Assembly (NCBI GenBank): GCA_963697745.1
Contig: CAVOPD010000009.1
Span: 20,898 to 84,897 of the forward strand
DNA from: an uncultured Acidobacteriota bacterium
GTDB taxonomy: Bacteria; Acidobacteriota; Vicinamibacteria; Vicinamibacterales; CAVVIG01
DNA length: 64,000 bases
Direction of reading: 5' to 3'
Shown in pieces: positions 10,548 to 21,035 of this stretch; within the stretch, counting starts at the first letter, position 1, and each line of letters opens with the position of its first letter. A program made the translations under genes and the position numbers. The notes beneath the pieces are model-generated. The model was given only the letters and a program-made list of their open reading frames with translations, did not search any database and had not been told where the DNA came from.

Positions 10548-11800
10548 TCAAATTCGAGGCCGAGTTCCGCGCGACCCAACGGGCATCGACAGGTGCGCAT
10601 CGAGTAGCCCACTTCCGCTCGACCAGGGGCGCCATCGACCTACGAGGCGGCGCGGATCGCCCTCATCTCGTGCCCGCTTGCGCATGGCCATGGCGAGCGC
10701 GATCTTGCGGGCGTCGATGAGATCTCGCGGAGCATCCCCGAGATGGGGTTCGTGAAGCCGATGTACCAGAGCCCTTCGCGCCGCGGGCGGTCCGGCCGCC
10801 GCCCTCGACCGGCCGGCCGCGCTCGTCGAGCACGCCGAGGTCGCCGAGCAGCGGATCGAGGCCCTGGCTGTAGCCGTCGGCGAGCACGACGACGTCCGGG
10901 TCGATGCGTCAGCCGTCCGCCAGCACCACGGCGTCACCGTCGAACCGCGGAGGGCGGCCACCGGCTCGACCGCGCCCGCCCGGATCGCGTCGATGATGCC
11001 GACGTCCTGCACGGGGATCGCGTTGTCGCGCTCGACCCGTGTCAGCAGCCCGGTGTCGGCCTCGGCAGGCCCTGGCGCTGAGGTTCGGCGTCTGGAGCCG
11101 TTCGACCACGGCCGCCGCGCCGTCGACGAAGGCGGCGGGCAGCCGGCGGACGGCGATGCCGGTGTACTGGGCCGGTTCGGCCCGGTGTTGCGGCGCAGGA
11201 TGTGCGGCACCGTGCGCACCGCGAGGCGCATCCGCGTCGCACCGTGGTCGGCCAGGTCGACGGCGAGGTCGGTGCCGGTGTTGCCGCTGCCGACGACGAG
11301 GACGTCCTGGCCGGCGTGCTCCGAGCCGTTGCTGACGTGCCGGCGAGGACGATCTCTCCCGAGTAGCCCTGCAGTCCCGGCACGTCCGGTCGCGCGGCGT
11401 GTGGTTGAAGCCCGTCGCGACGACGACGTAGGGGGCCGTCAGGGTCGTCCCGTCCTCGGGCGTCAGCGTCCAGCCGACCGTCGGGCGATCGGTCGAGGCG
11501 GCGCACCCCGGTGCCGAGCCGGACGTCGAGCCGTGGTGGGCGGCATACAGCTCGAGGTAGCGCACGACGTCGTCGCCGGCGACCCAGCGAGCCATCTCCT
11601 TCGGATCGGCAGGCCGGGCAGGCCGGACAGCCGCGAGGCGTGTGGAGGTCGAGCCGCTCGTAGTGGCCACGCCAGAGCTGCCGATGCTGTCGCTGCGCTG
11701 AGGACGACGCCGTGCAGGCCCCGCTCTCAGGGCGTCGGCGGTCGCCAGGCCCTCCCGGGCCCGCTTCGATGATGTTCACGTCGACCGGGACACTTCGCTG
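10548..11800 (-). pseudogene. Flavin-dependent monooxygenase / NAD(P)-binding oxidoreductase (FMO/CzcO-like); multiple frame changes
   Basis: Recognisable fragments lie in three minus-strand frames. They are VDVNIIEAGPGG (first dinucleotide motif), WRGHYERLDLHTP, DDVVRYLELYAAHHG, YVVVATGFNHTP, GQDVLVVGSGNTGTDLAVDLADHG (second Rossmann), DGDAVVLADG and EGLWYIGFTNPISGMLREI. Both ends are approximate. Confidence 0.65.
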
Positions 11801-11980
11801 GGTCAGCCGGACAACGTATCCGTCCGCCGCCCGACTTCTCGGCAATCGCGCACCAATCCAGTCTCGCGGCCCATGCTCGACGGGTGACCCCTCCGTCGGT
11901 CCCGATGCCCAGGCGGTCGGGGGCCGCGCGAACATGTCACTCGCGAGCGGATCGGCGAGGGCCGCGCCGCGCGCGTCGCG

Positions 11981-12745
11981 ACCCTGGTGACGATGCTCGA
12001 CGCGCAGGAGCAGGAGCTGCCGGTGCCGCGGCTGCGCGCGTCGGCCCTCGACGTGGTCGCGCCCCTGCCGGGGGAGTCCGCGGTCGACGTCGGCTCGGGC
12101 ACGGGACGGAGGTGCGACGCCTCGACGCTGCGGTCGCGGCCAACGGCGGCGCCGTCGGCGTCGAGCCGAACCCGGCCCTTCGCGCTGAGGCCGTGCAACG
12201 GATCGCGCTGCTCGGGTCGAGCGCGACGTGCGTCGACGGTGACGCGGCCGACCTCCCCTTCGCGAACGGGTCGGTGCACGTGCTGCGCTGCGAGCGGGTG
12301 TTCCAGCACCTCGCCGACCCGCAGGCGGCCGCGAACGGGTTCGCTCGCGTGGTCGCGCCCGGCGGCCGGTCGCCGTGTCGACAGCGACTGGGGCACGTCA
12401 TCACCCACCCCGGCGACCCGGACCTCGTGCGCGGCTTCAGCGAGTCGAACTGGCGGCGATGCCCAACCCCTTCGCGCCGCCGCACCTGCCCCACCAGTTG
12501 CGGTCGGCGGGGCTTGCCGTCGACCACGACATCGGCTCGGCCGCGCTCATCATGCCGGCCAGGGCGCTGCTCGGCAGCGGCGTCATGCACGCGAACGCGA
12601 TGCGGCGGTCGAGGAGGGCGCGCTGACCCGGGCGAGGCCGACCGGCTGCTCGCCGAGCCGATGGCCGGCGCTCGCGCCGGGCGGGCCTTCTTCTCCGTGA
12701 CGATGTTCGGGTTCATCGGGCGCAAGCCAGCTCGACCCGTCCCTA
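11981..12745 (+). pseudogene. Class I SAM-dependent methyltransferase, frame-broken
   Basis: LDVVAPLPGESAVDVGSGTG (motif I) is followed, in another frame, by GGAVGVEPNPALRAEA...CVDGDAADLPFANGSVHVLRCERVFQHLADPQAAANGFARVVAPGGR. The C-terminal text includes FFSVTMFGFIGRK. The 3' end is not resolved. Confidence 0.65.
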
Positions 12746-12749
12746 TGGC

Positions 12750-13413
12750 CGCCCTCGGCCGTGCTGAGGTGGGCCTCGAGCCAGTCCCGAGCGGCCGCAC
12801 CGCCCGCCAGGTGTCACGCACCACGGTCAGGGTGCGCCGCGTCGAGAGCCAGGCCGGCGCGCCGAAGTCGCGCACGACCATGAGCCCTTGTGACGGACCA
12901 TCTCGATGCGCGGGTGGTTAGCGGCGTACCCCCTCGGGTTCGTCTCCACGAAGTCGCCGATGAGGTCGAAGTCCTTCGCGCGCAACGCCTCGAGGATGCC
13001 GTCGGGCACCGCTCCGGTGGCCGGTGCGTCGACCGCCGCGCGGAAGCGGGAGGTCTGCGCCGGGCTCGTCGTGCGGAAGCCGCCGCCGGCGCGCAGGCCG
13101 TCGGCGCTCACCTGCACGTGGTCGCGCGGCTCGTGCCGGCGCCGAGGAGCGCCCCCTGGTGCGTCTTGTAGGGCGACTTGTCGGCACTGAAGCGCACGTC
13201 GCGGTTCGGCCGGAAGAGCTTCGCCTCGCCGAACTCGTCCTCGAGGCCGTCGAGGAGCGCGGCATCGGCTCGCGGACGTCACGGTGGTACGCGGCCTTGT
13301 GGCCGAGCCACCAGTGCGCGAGTTGTCGTCCTCGAGCTCTGCGTAGAAGGACAGGGCGCCGGGCGGGAAGCCGGAGAAGGGGGCGGGCGGCCGATGTGAC
13401 GACTCTGACACCG
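12750..13413 (-). pseudogene. DUF2461 (TIGR02453-like) protein, frame-broken
   Basis: Fragments are FSGFPPGALSFYAELEDDNSR, ALLDGLEDEFGEAKLFRPNRDVRFSADKSPYKT (hand-translated), HVQVSADGLRAGGGF and ILEALRAKDFDLIGDFVETNPRGYAANHPRIEMVRHKG. Both ends are approximate. Confidence 0.7.
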
Positions 13414-13509
13414 GGACCGAGCTTGTTAGGCAAGGCTTACCTGTGCTTTCCTCGAATTCCGTCACTTCGTCATGGCGTAATTGCTGAGAACGATCGAGAG
13501 AAGGCACCC

Positions 13510-13865
13510 GTGCTCGCGGCAACGCGCTCATCGGTCTCCGGAGAGGGACTCGAGGCCGCCCTCGTCGTCGTCATCCTCGTCGCCCTCCTCGTCAAGACCG
13601 ACCGCCGTTCGGCGCTGCGCCACGTGCGGTCCGGCGTCGCCGTCGCCGTCACCCTCTCGGTCGCCTCGGCGCCCTGCTCACCTACGGCACGCAGCGCTGA
13701 CGTCGAGGCCCAGGAGCCGTCGGCGGCACGGCCTCGATCATCGCGGTCGTCTTCGTCACCTTCATCGTCTTCTGGATGAAGTTCGGCCTCGCGCACCATC
13801 TCGGGCGAGCTCAAGGGCAAGCTCGACCGGGCCCTCGACCTGGGCCCGTTCGCGTCGTCACCGCC
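13510..13865 (+). pseudogene. FTR1/EfeU-type iron permease; 5' fragment only, frame-broken and truncated at the composition junction
   Basis: GTG at 13510. The text GEGLEAALVVVILVALLVKTDRR matches the REGLE-type motif region. It is followed by SIIAVVFVTFIVFWMK and ISGELKGKLDRALDLGP in other frames. Only about 118 codons remain before the sequence character changes. Confidence 0.6.
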
Positions 13866-13875
13866 GTTGTACGTG
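13850..13875. other. Breakpoint between two compositionally different segments; the 3'-truncated ends of two convergent genes abut here
   Basis: The + strand FTR1 text stops at about 13865. The - strand amidohydrolase text (…QIVAFPQEGMYTYNGG) stops at about 13868. GC content and amino-acid usage change abruptly across this point. Confidence 0.7.
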
Positions 13876-14339
13876 TACATCCCCTCCTGCGGAAAGGCCA
13901 CGATCTGGACGGCGACGTTGTCCTTGAGCTGATCACGCAGTTCCAGCATCACCTTCAGGCCAGTCAGTTTGGGATCATCCACATCGATGTGCGTGCGAAT
14001 GAACTGCACCCCTTTGGACACCTCCTCCTGAATACCCCTGAGCGCACGCGCCCTCGCCTCTTCAGGCGTCTGCGTCTTCTTGACGTCATGCCAGCGTGCG
14101 ATCCCTTCGAACAGCGTGCCGGTCGCGTTCAGGGCGCCTTCGCTACGGCCGGTGTAAACGTAGTCCAGGTGTAGGTGGGCATCCACGTACGGAGGCACCA
14201 CCAGGTGGCCGCGCAAATCGATTTCCTCCTCTGCCTGCGGCAGGGACGTGCCGATCTGCTTGATGACGCCCTGGTCGACGAGAATCTCACTGGCGTGATC
14301 GTGCTGTCGATAGATCCGCGCGTTGGTGAACTTCTTCAT
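13868..14339 (-). pseudogene. Cytosine-deaminase-like amidohydrolase; N-terminal about 157 codons only
   Basis: MKKFTNARIYRQ...GHLVVPPYVDAHLHLDYV (metal-binding HxH)...GVQFIRTHIDVDDP...VAVQIVAFPQEG. The downstream part of ORF 13470..14426 is unrelated GC-rich read-through. Confidence 0.7.
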
Positions 14340-14365
14340 GGCTGGTCCTTGATGGCTCACGACAC

Positions 14366-15555
14366 TCAGGAAGAGCGCAGAGTGCGCTTCGCAAGAAACG
14401 CAAATATGGCGGCGACGGTAAAGCACACCAGAGACATATAGACAATCCCCCTGGCTCCGGTCTCTGGGGAGCCACCGAGCAGCACTCCGCCAACCCAGGT
14501 GGCAATCATGATGGAGAGGTTGAAGACGCTTGATTGCACCGACGTGGCCACATCCTTTGCCTCTTCAATCTGTTTGCTGACGGCTGTCTGATACATGGTC
14601 ACCAGCGGGCCGAAGGCAAGACCCCAGAGGAAGAACGCCATGTGCGACACGCCGCTCGTTCCAGAGAATGCGAGGAACAGTGCCATGGCGATCCCGCCGA
14701 TGGTAAGCATGACGACGATCAGGGGGCGCAGATACGCATCGATGTACTTCGCAGAGACGATAACGGAAATGACCGATCCGATTCCGAAGATCAGCAGAGC
14801 CGCTGTCGATGCCGCCGACGAGGTCGATCATGTCCACCAGGAGAGTGATGTAGGTGTAGATACCGTAATGCGCGGCGACCGAGAGGAAGGTCAGCAGGAG
14901 CACGATCAGAATGGATGGCATCTTGATGATCGCCACAGCGGAATTGGCCTTCGTGAGTGCTTCGCCTTCCACCGAAGGCAGGTAGAATATACGAAAGCAG
15001 GGCGATAAGGACCACAGTCAACCCCAGCACTACGAATTCGGTCCGCCAGCCGAAGGTGATGCCGATCGCCGTCATCATCGGCAGACCGATGCTGATGCCC
15101 ATGGTGTTGCCTGACATGATCACCGTGATGGCTCGGCCGTGCATGTGCTCGGGCACCAGGCGCGTGCCGTACGCTGCAATCATCGGCCACATCACGCCGG
15201 CGCAGATGCCGCCCAGAACGCGGCACGCAACGATAACGGCATAGGACGCCGAAACAGCGACAACGAGATTGGAGATTGCGAATCCGATCAGCAGCGTGAT
15301 CAGCAGCTTCTTGCGATTGACCGCCAGCGTGGCACTGACCAGTGGGATCGCAAAGCCCGCCGACGCCAAGGCGTAGACACCGACGAGGAAACCGACCTGG
15401 GACTCGGCAACTCCCAGGCCTTCCGTCATCTGCGGCAGGACGCCTGAGGGCAGCAGCTCGGACAGAATACCGACGAAGGTCACGCTGGCCATCAGGCCGA
15501 AAAAGACAAACCATGAAAGGTGCTGCCTTTCGCGGGACTGGGGAATAGCTGACAT
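14366..15555 (-). pseudogene. MFS transporter (DHA1 / sugar-efflux-like) with two frame changes
   Basis: Three consecutive minus-strand pieces make up one protein. The first starts MSAIPQSRERQHLSWFVFFGLMASV... from ATG at 15555. The second is 14565..14972. The third is 14366..14710. Together they give about 12 TM segments. Shifts lie near 14960 and 14750. Confidence 0.75.
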
Positions 15556-15623
15556 GATCTGTTCTTTCTTCGGTGCGTTCAGCAACCGCGAACCGGTTGA
15601 TGAACAGACCGGCGCCTCCTGCT

Positions 15624-15794
15624 CTACGGAGTCGGTGCCGCCGAACGAAGCCGAATCGCGAGTGCGGTCAACACGATTCCTGTCGCCGCCGCACACGCGC
15701 CGAACATCCATGCAATCCCCGGCCACAGCAGTGCTGCAAGCCCAACCAGAACGCCGAGAATGCCGCGAACAAGAAGTGATGACGATTCGCGCAT
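15624..15794 (-). CDS. Possible 56-aa two-TM membrane peptide (DUF308/HdeD-like text)
   Basis: Hand translation gives MRESSSLLVRGILGVLVGLAALLWPGIAWMFGACAAATGIVLTALAIRLRSAAPTP. It is below the ORF-track length cut-off and has weak support. Confidence 0.25.
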   Translation of the reverse strand: MRESSSLLVRGILGVLVGLAALLWPGIAWMFGACAAATGIVLTALAIRLRSAAPTP

Positions 15795-15988
15795 GACGCG
15801 CTAGGTCCTTCCAGCCATGAGTACGCCACCCAGCACGCCGCTGTCGGATTTGGGATAGCACACGCGGGCGTCTGAGAACCTCATGTGCGGCCGCTGGCGG
15901 CCTGTCGTCGACGGCGAAAGCGACTACGCGTGTATCGTTGTTTCGGCGGCCGAGGACCGACTCGGTTTCCTACGAAAGTGGTGACTAA

Positions 15989-16333
15989 ATGATGCTCGAT
16001 TGGGAAGGATACCGACGGGCACTGCTCGGACGCATCGGCGACCTCGGCAGACTGACTCCTCAGACGGTGCGCGGGTATCGTGAGCTCAGTGATGCTGGCA
16101 ACAAGACCGGGCATCTCGTTGCAAAGACGCGGGAGCTCATTGCGATTGCGGTCGGCGTGACTCGCCAGTGCGACGGGTGCAACACGACACATGTGCATGC
16201 CGCCAGGAGGCAAGGTGCGACAAAGGAGGAGATTGCCGAGACGTTGGGTATCGCGGTCGCGGTGAATGCGGGAGCCGCGCTGGTCTACTCCGCGCGCGCG
16301 ACGGATGCGCTGATGGGCGGGACGACGGAGTAG
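15989..16333 (+). CDS. Carboxymuconolactone decarboxylase (AhpD-like) family protein
   Basis: Intact 114-aa ORF. LVAKTRELIAIAVGVTRQCDGCNTTHVHAARRQGATKEEIAETLGIAVAVNAG carries the family CxxC. Confidence 0.8.
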   Translation: MMLDWEGYRRALLGRIGDLGRLTPQTVRGYRELSDAGNKTGHLVAKTRELIAIAVGVTRQCDGCNTTHVHAARRQGATKEEIAETLGIAVAVNAGAALVYSARATDALMGGTTE

Positions 16334-16551
16334 CAGGAGAGCGAGACGCGAGGTTCATGTCTGGAGACTTGCATCGTCGCCGAGGCAATCACTTCCAGCC
16401 CAGAAGAACAGCCGACATCCTGTGACCACAGAAGACTTCCACCGATTCGTTCGGGCCGTACCAACATCGGTCGTCGCGACCGCGGGGAAGGGTGACCTGT
16501 CGGGAACGTCTTCGCAACGGGCGAGACACCCTCGTGCCGCCTATCGCTCTG

Positions 16552-17500
16552 TCAATCGATTGGCTTCAGGTTCCTCACGATTTGCTGGCGATGCGCCTCG
16601 AGGAACGGTGGCAGCACCACCGTCTCGCCGAGCGCCGTGGGATCCTCGTTATGGCGAAACCCGGTCCGTCCGTGGCAATCTCAAAGAGCACGCCGTTGGG
16701 CTCGCGCACGTACAAGCTGCGGAACCAGAAGCGGTCAACTTTACCGCTGTTGGGAATATCGAATTGGTTCAGTCTGTCGGCCCATGCGTCGTAGTTCGCA
16801 TCGGGGTACGGAAGGCCACGTGGTGGACGCCCCCTGCGCCTTGCCGTGCCATAGGTAGATCCGGTTGCACGGCGACGTGCAATTCCGCATGCGGCCCCCC
16901 GCTTCCCATTTCGAAAACGTGTACGTGCGTCCCCGGGTTATCGGGATGCGGGCAGTCGCGCACCTGCCGCATGTTGAAGACGCTGGTCAGCAGGGTATCG
17001 GTCGGGTTCAACGTGGGAATACTGATGACAATCGGCCCAAGGCCACGAATCTGGTGCTCCCTGGGCACCGGGCTGCGATCCCACGGCATTGGAGGATCAC
17101 CGGCACCGCCGTCGTCCACGAGTGCGAGCCGCTGACCCTCGGGATCTTCGAATCGCAGGGTCAAGCGGCCGTCGCGTTCGAAGATGTCGCCGTGCGGAAC
17201 CTTGAATTCATCGAAACGCTGTGTCCACCACATCAGTGCGGCTTCACCGTTGACGCGCAAGCACGTGCGGACGATGCTGCGTGTGCCGCGACCCTCGCGT
17301 GACACCGGCCAGTCGAAGAACGTCAGATCGGTCCCCGGGCTTCCCTTGGCGTCGGCATAAAACAGGTGGTAGGCGCTCACGTCGTCCTGGTTGACGCTGC
17401 GCTTGACGAGCCGCATCCCGAGCGTCTGCGTGTAAAAGCGGTGGTTCTCCCTGATGGCGGCTGATATTGCAGTCAGGTGATGAATGCCTGTGAGTTCCAT
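16552..17500 (-). pseudogene. VOC/glyoxalase-fold ring-cleaving dioxygenase (MhqO/YfiE-like) with two frame changes near the 3' end
   Basis: [40 protein letters not shown]...GVHHVAFR. After shifts at about 16800 and 16650 it continues [50 protein letters not shown]...[20 protein letters not shown] (hand-translated). Confidence 0.75.
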
Positions 17501-17722
17501 GTCGTATTCCTCGTTCGGCCTGCCCAGTCCTCCGCTGGCCTCGATCTCCCGCGCTACTCGCTCGGCCCCCTTCAGGTTGATGTCAGCGAGCCCAACGTTC
17601 ACGCCTTTCCCGGCGGGCGCCTTTGCGTGGCTTCACCGAGCCCTGCGCAGAGCGGCTGAAGCGGCCCGCTCGATTCGACGACCGTCGGGCGCTCATCTTC
17701 TCAGACAGGAGCGCCAGCCAGC

Positions 17723-19063
17723 TCATAGCAGACGCATCACAAGATTGGCGGCCCGTTCGGTCAGCCGTGCCCACCATGACCGTTGCCGGAATGTGGTCAG
17801 CGTGATCTCATCGGCGTGTCGAAGATCGTCGTAAAACATCTGATCCATCTGCCTGCCGATACTCGCATCGAGAATCATCAGCGTCGATTCGTCGTTCAGC
17901 GCCATAGATTGATTGTCGAAATTCATCGAGCCAATCGTCGACCACTGCCCGTCAGCCACAAACGTCTTCGCGTGGAGCGTCGACGGCTGCCATTCGAATA
18001 CGCGGACGCCCGCGTCGAGCAACGTGCCGTACCACGCGCGACCAGCATCGCGCACGATGTTCACATCCGTTCGAGGCCCGGCGGTCAGAATGCGGACATC
18101 GACACCTCGCTTCGCTGCAGCCGCCAGCATGTCGATGAAACTGCGGTCAGGGGCGAAGTACCAGTTGGTGATGTACAACGTCGCACGGGCACCAGCGATG
18201 GATAGTGCGAACAATCGTTCGGCCACGGTGCTGCCGAGCGTCGGAGTGGAATACAAGAGTCCCGCGGCCACGACGCCGTTCTCGTGCGGCGACAAGGTGG
18301 CGTGTCCAGTGAACATCACGCCGGTGGCTTCGGCCCACGCGGCTACAAACGCGGCCTGCAGCTGCCGGACCGCTGGACCCTCGAAGCGCACATTGGTCTC
18401 ACGCCACGACCCATTCGTCCGGCCGTCGCCGAACCATTTGTCGTCGATGCCGAAGCCGCCGGTCCATCCGACACGTCCATCGATGACGATGCCTCGAACG
18501 TGCGAGCGATTCTGCGCAAGGTGAAGTGTGGAGAGCCTGATCGGCCGGAAGGGCTCGACCACAACACCGGCGGCGCGGAGGGCGGCGCCGTGGCTGGCAG
18601 GAATGTCGGCGGTACCGAAAGCATCATAGAGGACGAAGACTCGTACCCCTGCCGTGGCCCGCTCAATGAGGATCTGTCCGAGCGCGTCCGCCATCCGGCC
18701 CGGAGCTCCGTAATAGAGCTGAAGCGTAATGGACTGCTTCGCTGCCCGTAGGTCATCCCACAGCCTTGGATAAGTCTCGTCGCCGTTCAGCAGCACCTCG
18801 ACGAGGTTGCCAGGCTGCAGCAACGCACCGGTCGCCATCGTGGCCATCAGCGAGAACTCCGGCGCGCCCACGGCGATCGGCCTTCCGTCAGAAGACACAC
18901 CGCGGACGTGACGAACGGCAGTGCCGCGCGTGACATGGAGAAAGCCGATGTGCGCGAAGCCGAGCACGATCGTCACGGCGGTCCATCGTCCGACTCGACC
19001 AAGAGTCCCGCGTACGCGGCCGCTCAAGGATCGGGCACGTACCTCAACGGGGATTTTCCTCAT
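17723..19063 (-). CDS. cls: Phospholipase D family protein, cardiolipin-synthase-like
   Basis: Intact 446-aa ORF with two PLD half-sites: NRSHVRGIVIDGRVGWTGGFGIDD (note HxR rather than HxK) and TLHAKTFVADGQWSTIGSMNFDNQS. One N-terminal TM segment. Confidence 0.8.
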   Translation of the reverse strand: MRKIPVEVRARSLSGRVRGTLGRVGRWTAVTIVLGFAHIGFLHVTRGTAVRHVRGVSSDGRPIAVGAPEFSLMATMATGALLQPGNLVEVLLNGDETYPRLWDDLRAAKQSITLQLYYGAPGRMADALGQILIERATAGVRVFVLYDAFGTADIPASHGAALRAAGVVVEPFRPIRLSTLHLAQNRSHVRGIVIDGRVGWTGGFGIDDKWFGDGRTNGSWRETNVRFEGPAVRQLQAAFVAAWAEATGVMFTGHATLSPHENGVVAAGLLYSTPTLGSTVAERLFALSIAGARATLYITNWYFAPDRSFIDMLAAAAKRGVDVRILTAGPRTDVNIVRDAGRAWYGTLLDAGVRVFEWQPSTLHAKTFVADGQWSTIGSMNFDNQSMALNDESTLMILDASIGRQMDQMFYDDLRHADEITLTTFRQRSWWARLTERAANLVMRLL

Positions 19064-19302
19064 GCGCCTGCTCTACGACAAGCACTACGAAGACCAAAGA
19101 CGATTGGCACTCTGATGCGATGGCCGAAGGGCTGAGTCCCGTGTCCACTCTGCTGCACCAATGGACCGGTGTGTTTCAGAGGCGCGTCCACATCGAGCGT
19201 TTTGGTCATGCGTACTTCACACGGCTTTGGACGTTCAGTCACGACTGTAGCGCCACCGTGCCGGACAATCTGCGATAACCTGACGCCTGACGAAGGAGGC
19301 TG

Positions 19303-19745
19303 CATGACGCCCGCAGAACACCAGGCACACGACTTCATCCCCTATCCGCTGAACAGGGTTGTCGGAACGATAGCTGATGCGGCAAAAGCGCGCGCTGCGA
19401 TCGAAGCACTGCTTCAAGCCGGCGTGGACTCCGCGCACATCGCTGTCCTCTACGGGGACTTAGGGATGCCGTCGACTCGACCCGGATGGTGCTGAGCACG
19501 GATTCTGGAGCCGGTTCCAGCGCACGCTTATTCACACGCTCGCCGTCAATGAGGAGTCGAGTCATCTCAGACATCACGTCGAGGACCTGCGCGCCGGTCA
19601 CATCATCGTTATGGTGTCGGTCAGCGACGTCCATAGCCGCGAGGAAATCGCCGCGACGTTGCGTGCGTTCAGCGCCGAGCACATTGGATACTTTGGACAG
19701 TGGCACTGGGAGGCTCTCGACATTCCTCCCGTGGAAGACCGCTGA
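19303..19745 (+). pseudogene. Hypothetical about 145-aa protein with one frame change near 19470
   Basis: MTPAEHQAHDFIPYPLNRVVGTIADAAKARAAIEALLQAGVDSAHIAVLYG is followed, in another frame, by RLDPDGAEHGFWSRFQRTLIHTLAVNEESSHLRHHVEDLRAGHIIVMVSVSD...GQWHWEALD. No family recognised. Confidence 0.4.
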
Positions 19746-19764
19746 CGCGGGCCGGCGGCCTCCG

Positions 19765-20414
19765 TCAATCGGACAAGACGACGTCGAGAAGCGTGTTGTT
19801 GACTCTCACACCGTCCGCGTCGGTATCGATGTATCGGAGCTTCCTGAACTTGTTCATGAAGAAGTTGACCCGGGGACGGGTGGTCCGACCATCTCTGCGA
19901 GGAGCTCCTGGAATCTTTCGGCAGCACGCGAAGTGGACCGTCGTTGTTGCTGTATTGTGCGAGGAGCAGGAGTGTCCTGGCCAACCGCTTCTCTGTGGAG
20001 TTGAAGAGCTGATCGACTAGGTCTTCCTCCATCCGAATGTTCCGTCTCAGGATGTGAGAGACGAAACACTCCGCGAAGTTCTCCTCGGCGTGCAGCTTCC
20101 GCGCTATCTCCTGTCGCCGGATTCGGAGGACGCAACATTCGGACATTGCGCTGGCCGTGGCGGCATGCACGGCTTGGCCCACCAGACAGCCTTCACCGAA
20201 AAACTCGCCCGCCTTCAGTCCGCGATGACCGCCTCTTTGCCGGCGTGAACACGACTGAGAGACGGACGGAGCCCTTCTCGATGTAGATGACGATCGTGCA
20301 CGGCTCGCCTTGTCTGAAGGAATACGTGGCACCCGGAGCGTACGCGACGCGTTCCGCTCGAACACCGTTCCACTCGATCGGGTACGCCTCGGTCAGAGGA
20401 TTCTTTTTCGCCAC
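19765..20414 (-). pseudogene. Crp/Fnr family transcriptional regulator with at least 3 frame changes
   Basis: The cNMP-binding text is GEPCTIVIYIEKGSVRLSVV...KAGEFFGEGCLVGQAVHAATASAMSECCVLRI, followed by STEKRLARTLLLLAQ. The HTH is ISQELLAEMVG...RPRVNFFMNKFRKLRYID (hand-translated). Pieces lie in ORFs 20193..20414, 19598..20365 and 19854..20138. Confidence 0.7.
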
Positions 20415-21035
20415 GGCTCGTCACTGCGCGAACAGCACTGTGGGGAAGTGTAGCGCGCGTGCGATGCTCACTGAAGGTGCCAGTCGCTCTGAATTCGTCC
20501 TGTCACATCCGCTCGACTGGAGCTGATGGCTGTGCAGTTGCGGACCATCCCGCGACTGACGTGCTCACCCGTTACGAAATGGACGCGCTCTGGAACAACG
20601 GCTCAGCGACAGCTCTCGGGGACGCACTTCATTGCACAGCGAGTCAAATCTGTCGCTTGCGTTGCCTCGATGACCGTCGCATCGCCGACACGGTGCGCCT
20701 CATTATCGTCCGCAACGTCGACGCCTCATGAACCGGCTGCTGTTGTCATGGTCTCTCCACGACAGGGCTGCCGCTCGTGTTCCTGTCGGTCGTCGTTCTG
20801 CGCCGCTGCGAGCCCACCTAACGGTGTCTCGTTTGAGACAGACGCGCGAAGTGGGCGCAGATAACTTTCGCGATCGTCTTCACCGCGAGCCAGCGATGTT
20901 GAACAGATGAATTGCCGCGAACGGATCGGCGGAACGGCTGCGGGACGATGTCAATGCTCTCGGCAGGGCGAGGGTTGGAATCGATCGGCGATTGAGCGTT
21001 ATTCGCCAGGGACGGAAATGAACTGTAGCGTTCCG

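Noticed and set aside
13700-14000. A mobile-element explanation for the composition junction (IS element, integrase, att site at a tRNA).
   Set aside because: There is no transposase or integrase ORF, no terminal inverted repeats, no tRNA and no target-site duplication. Both flanking genes are simply truncated.
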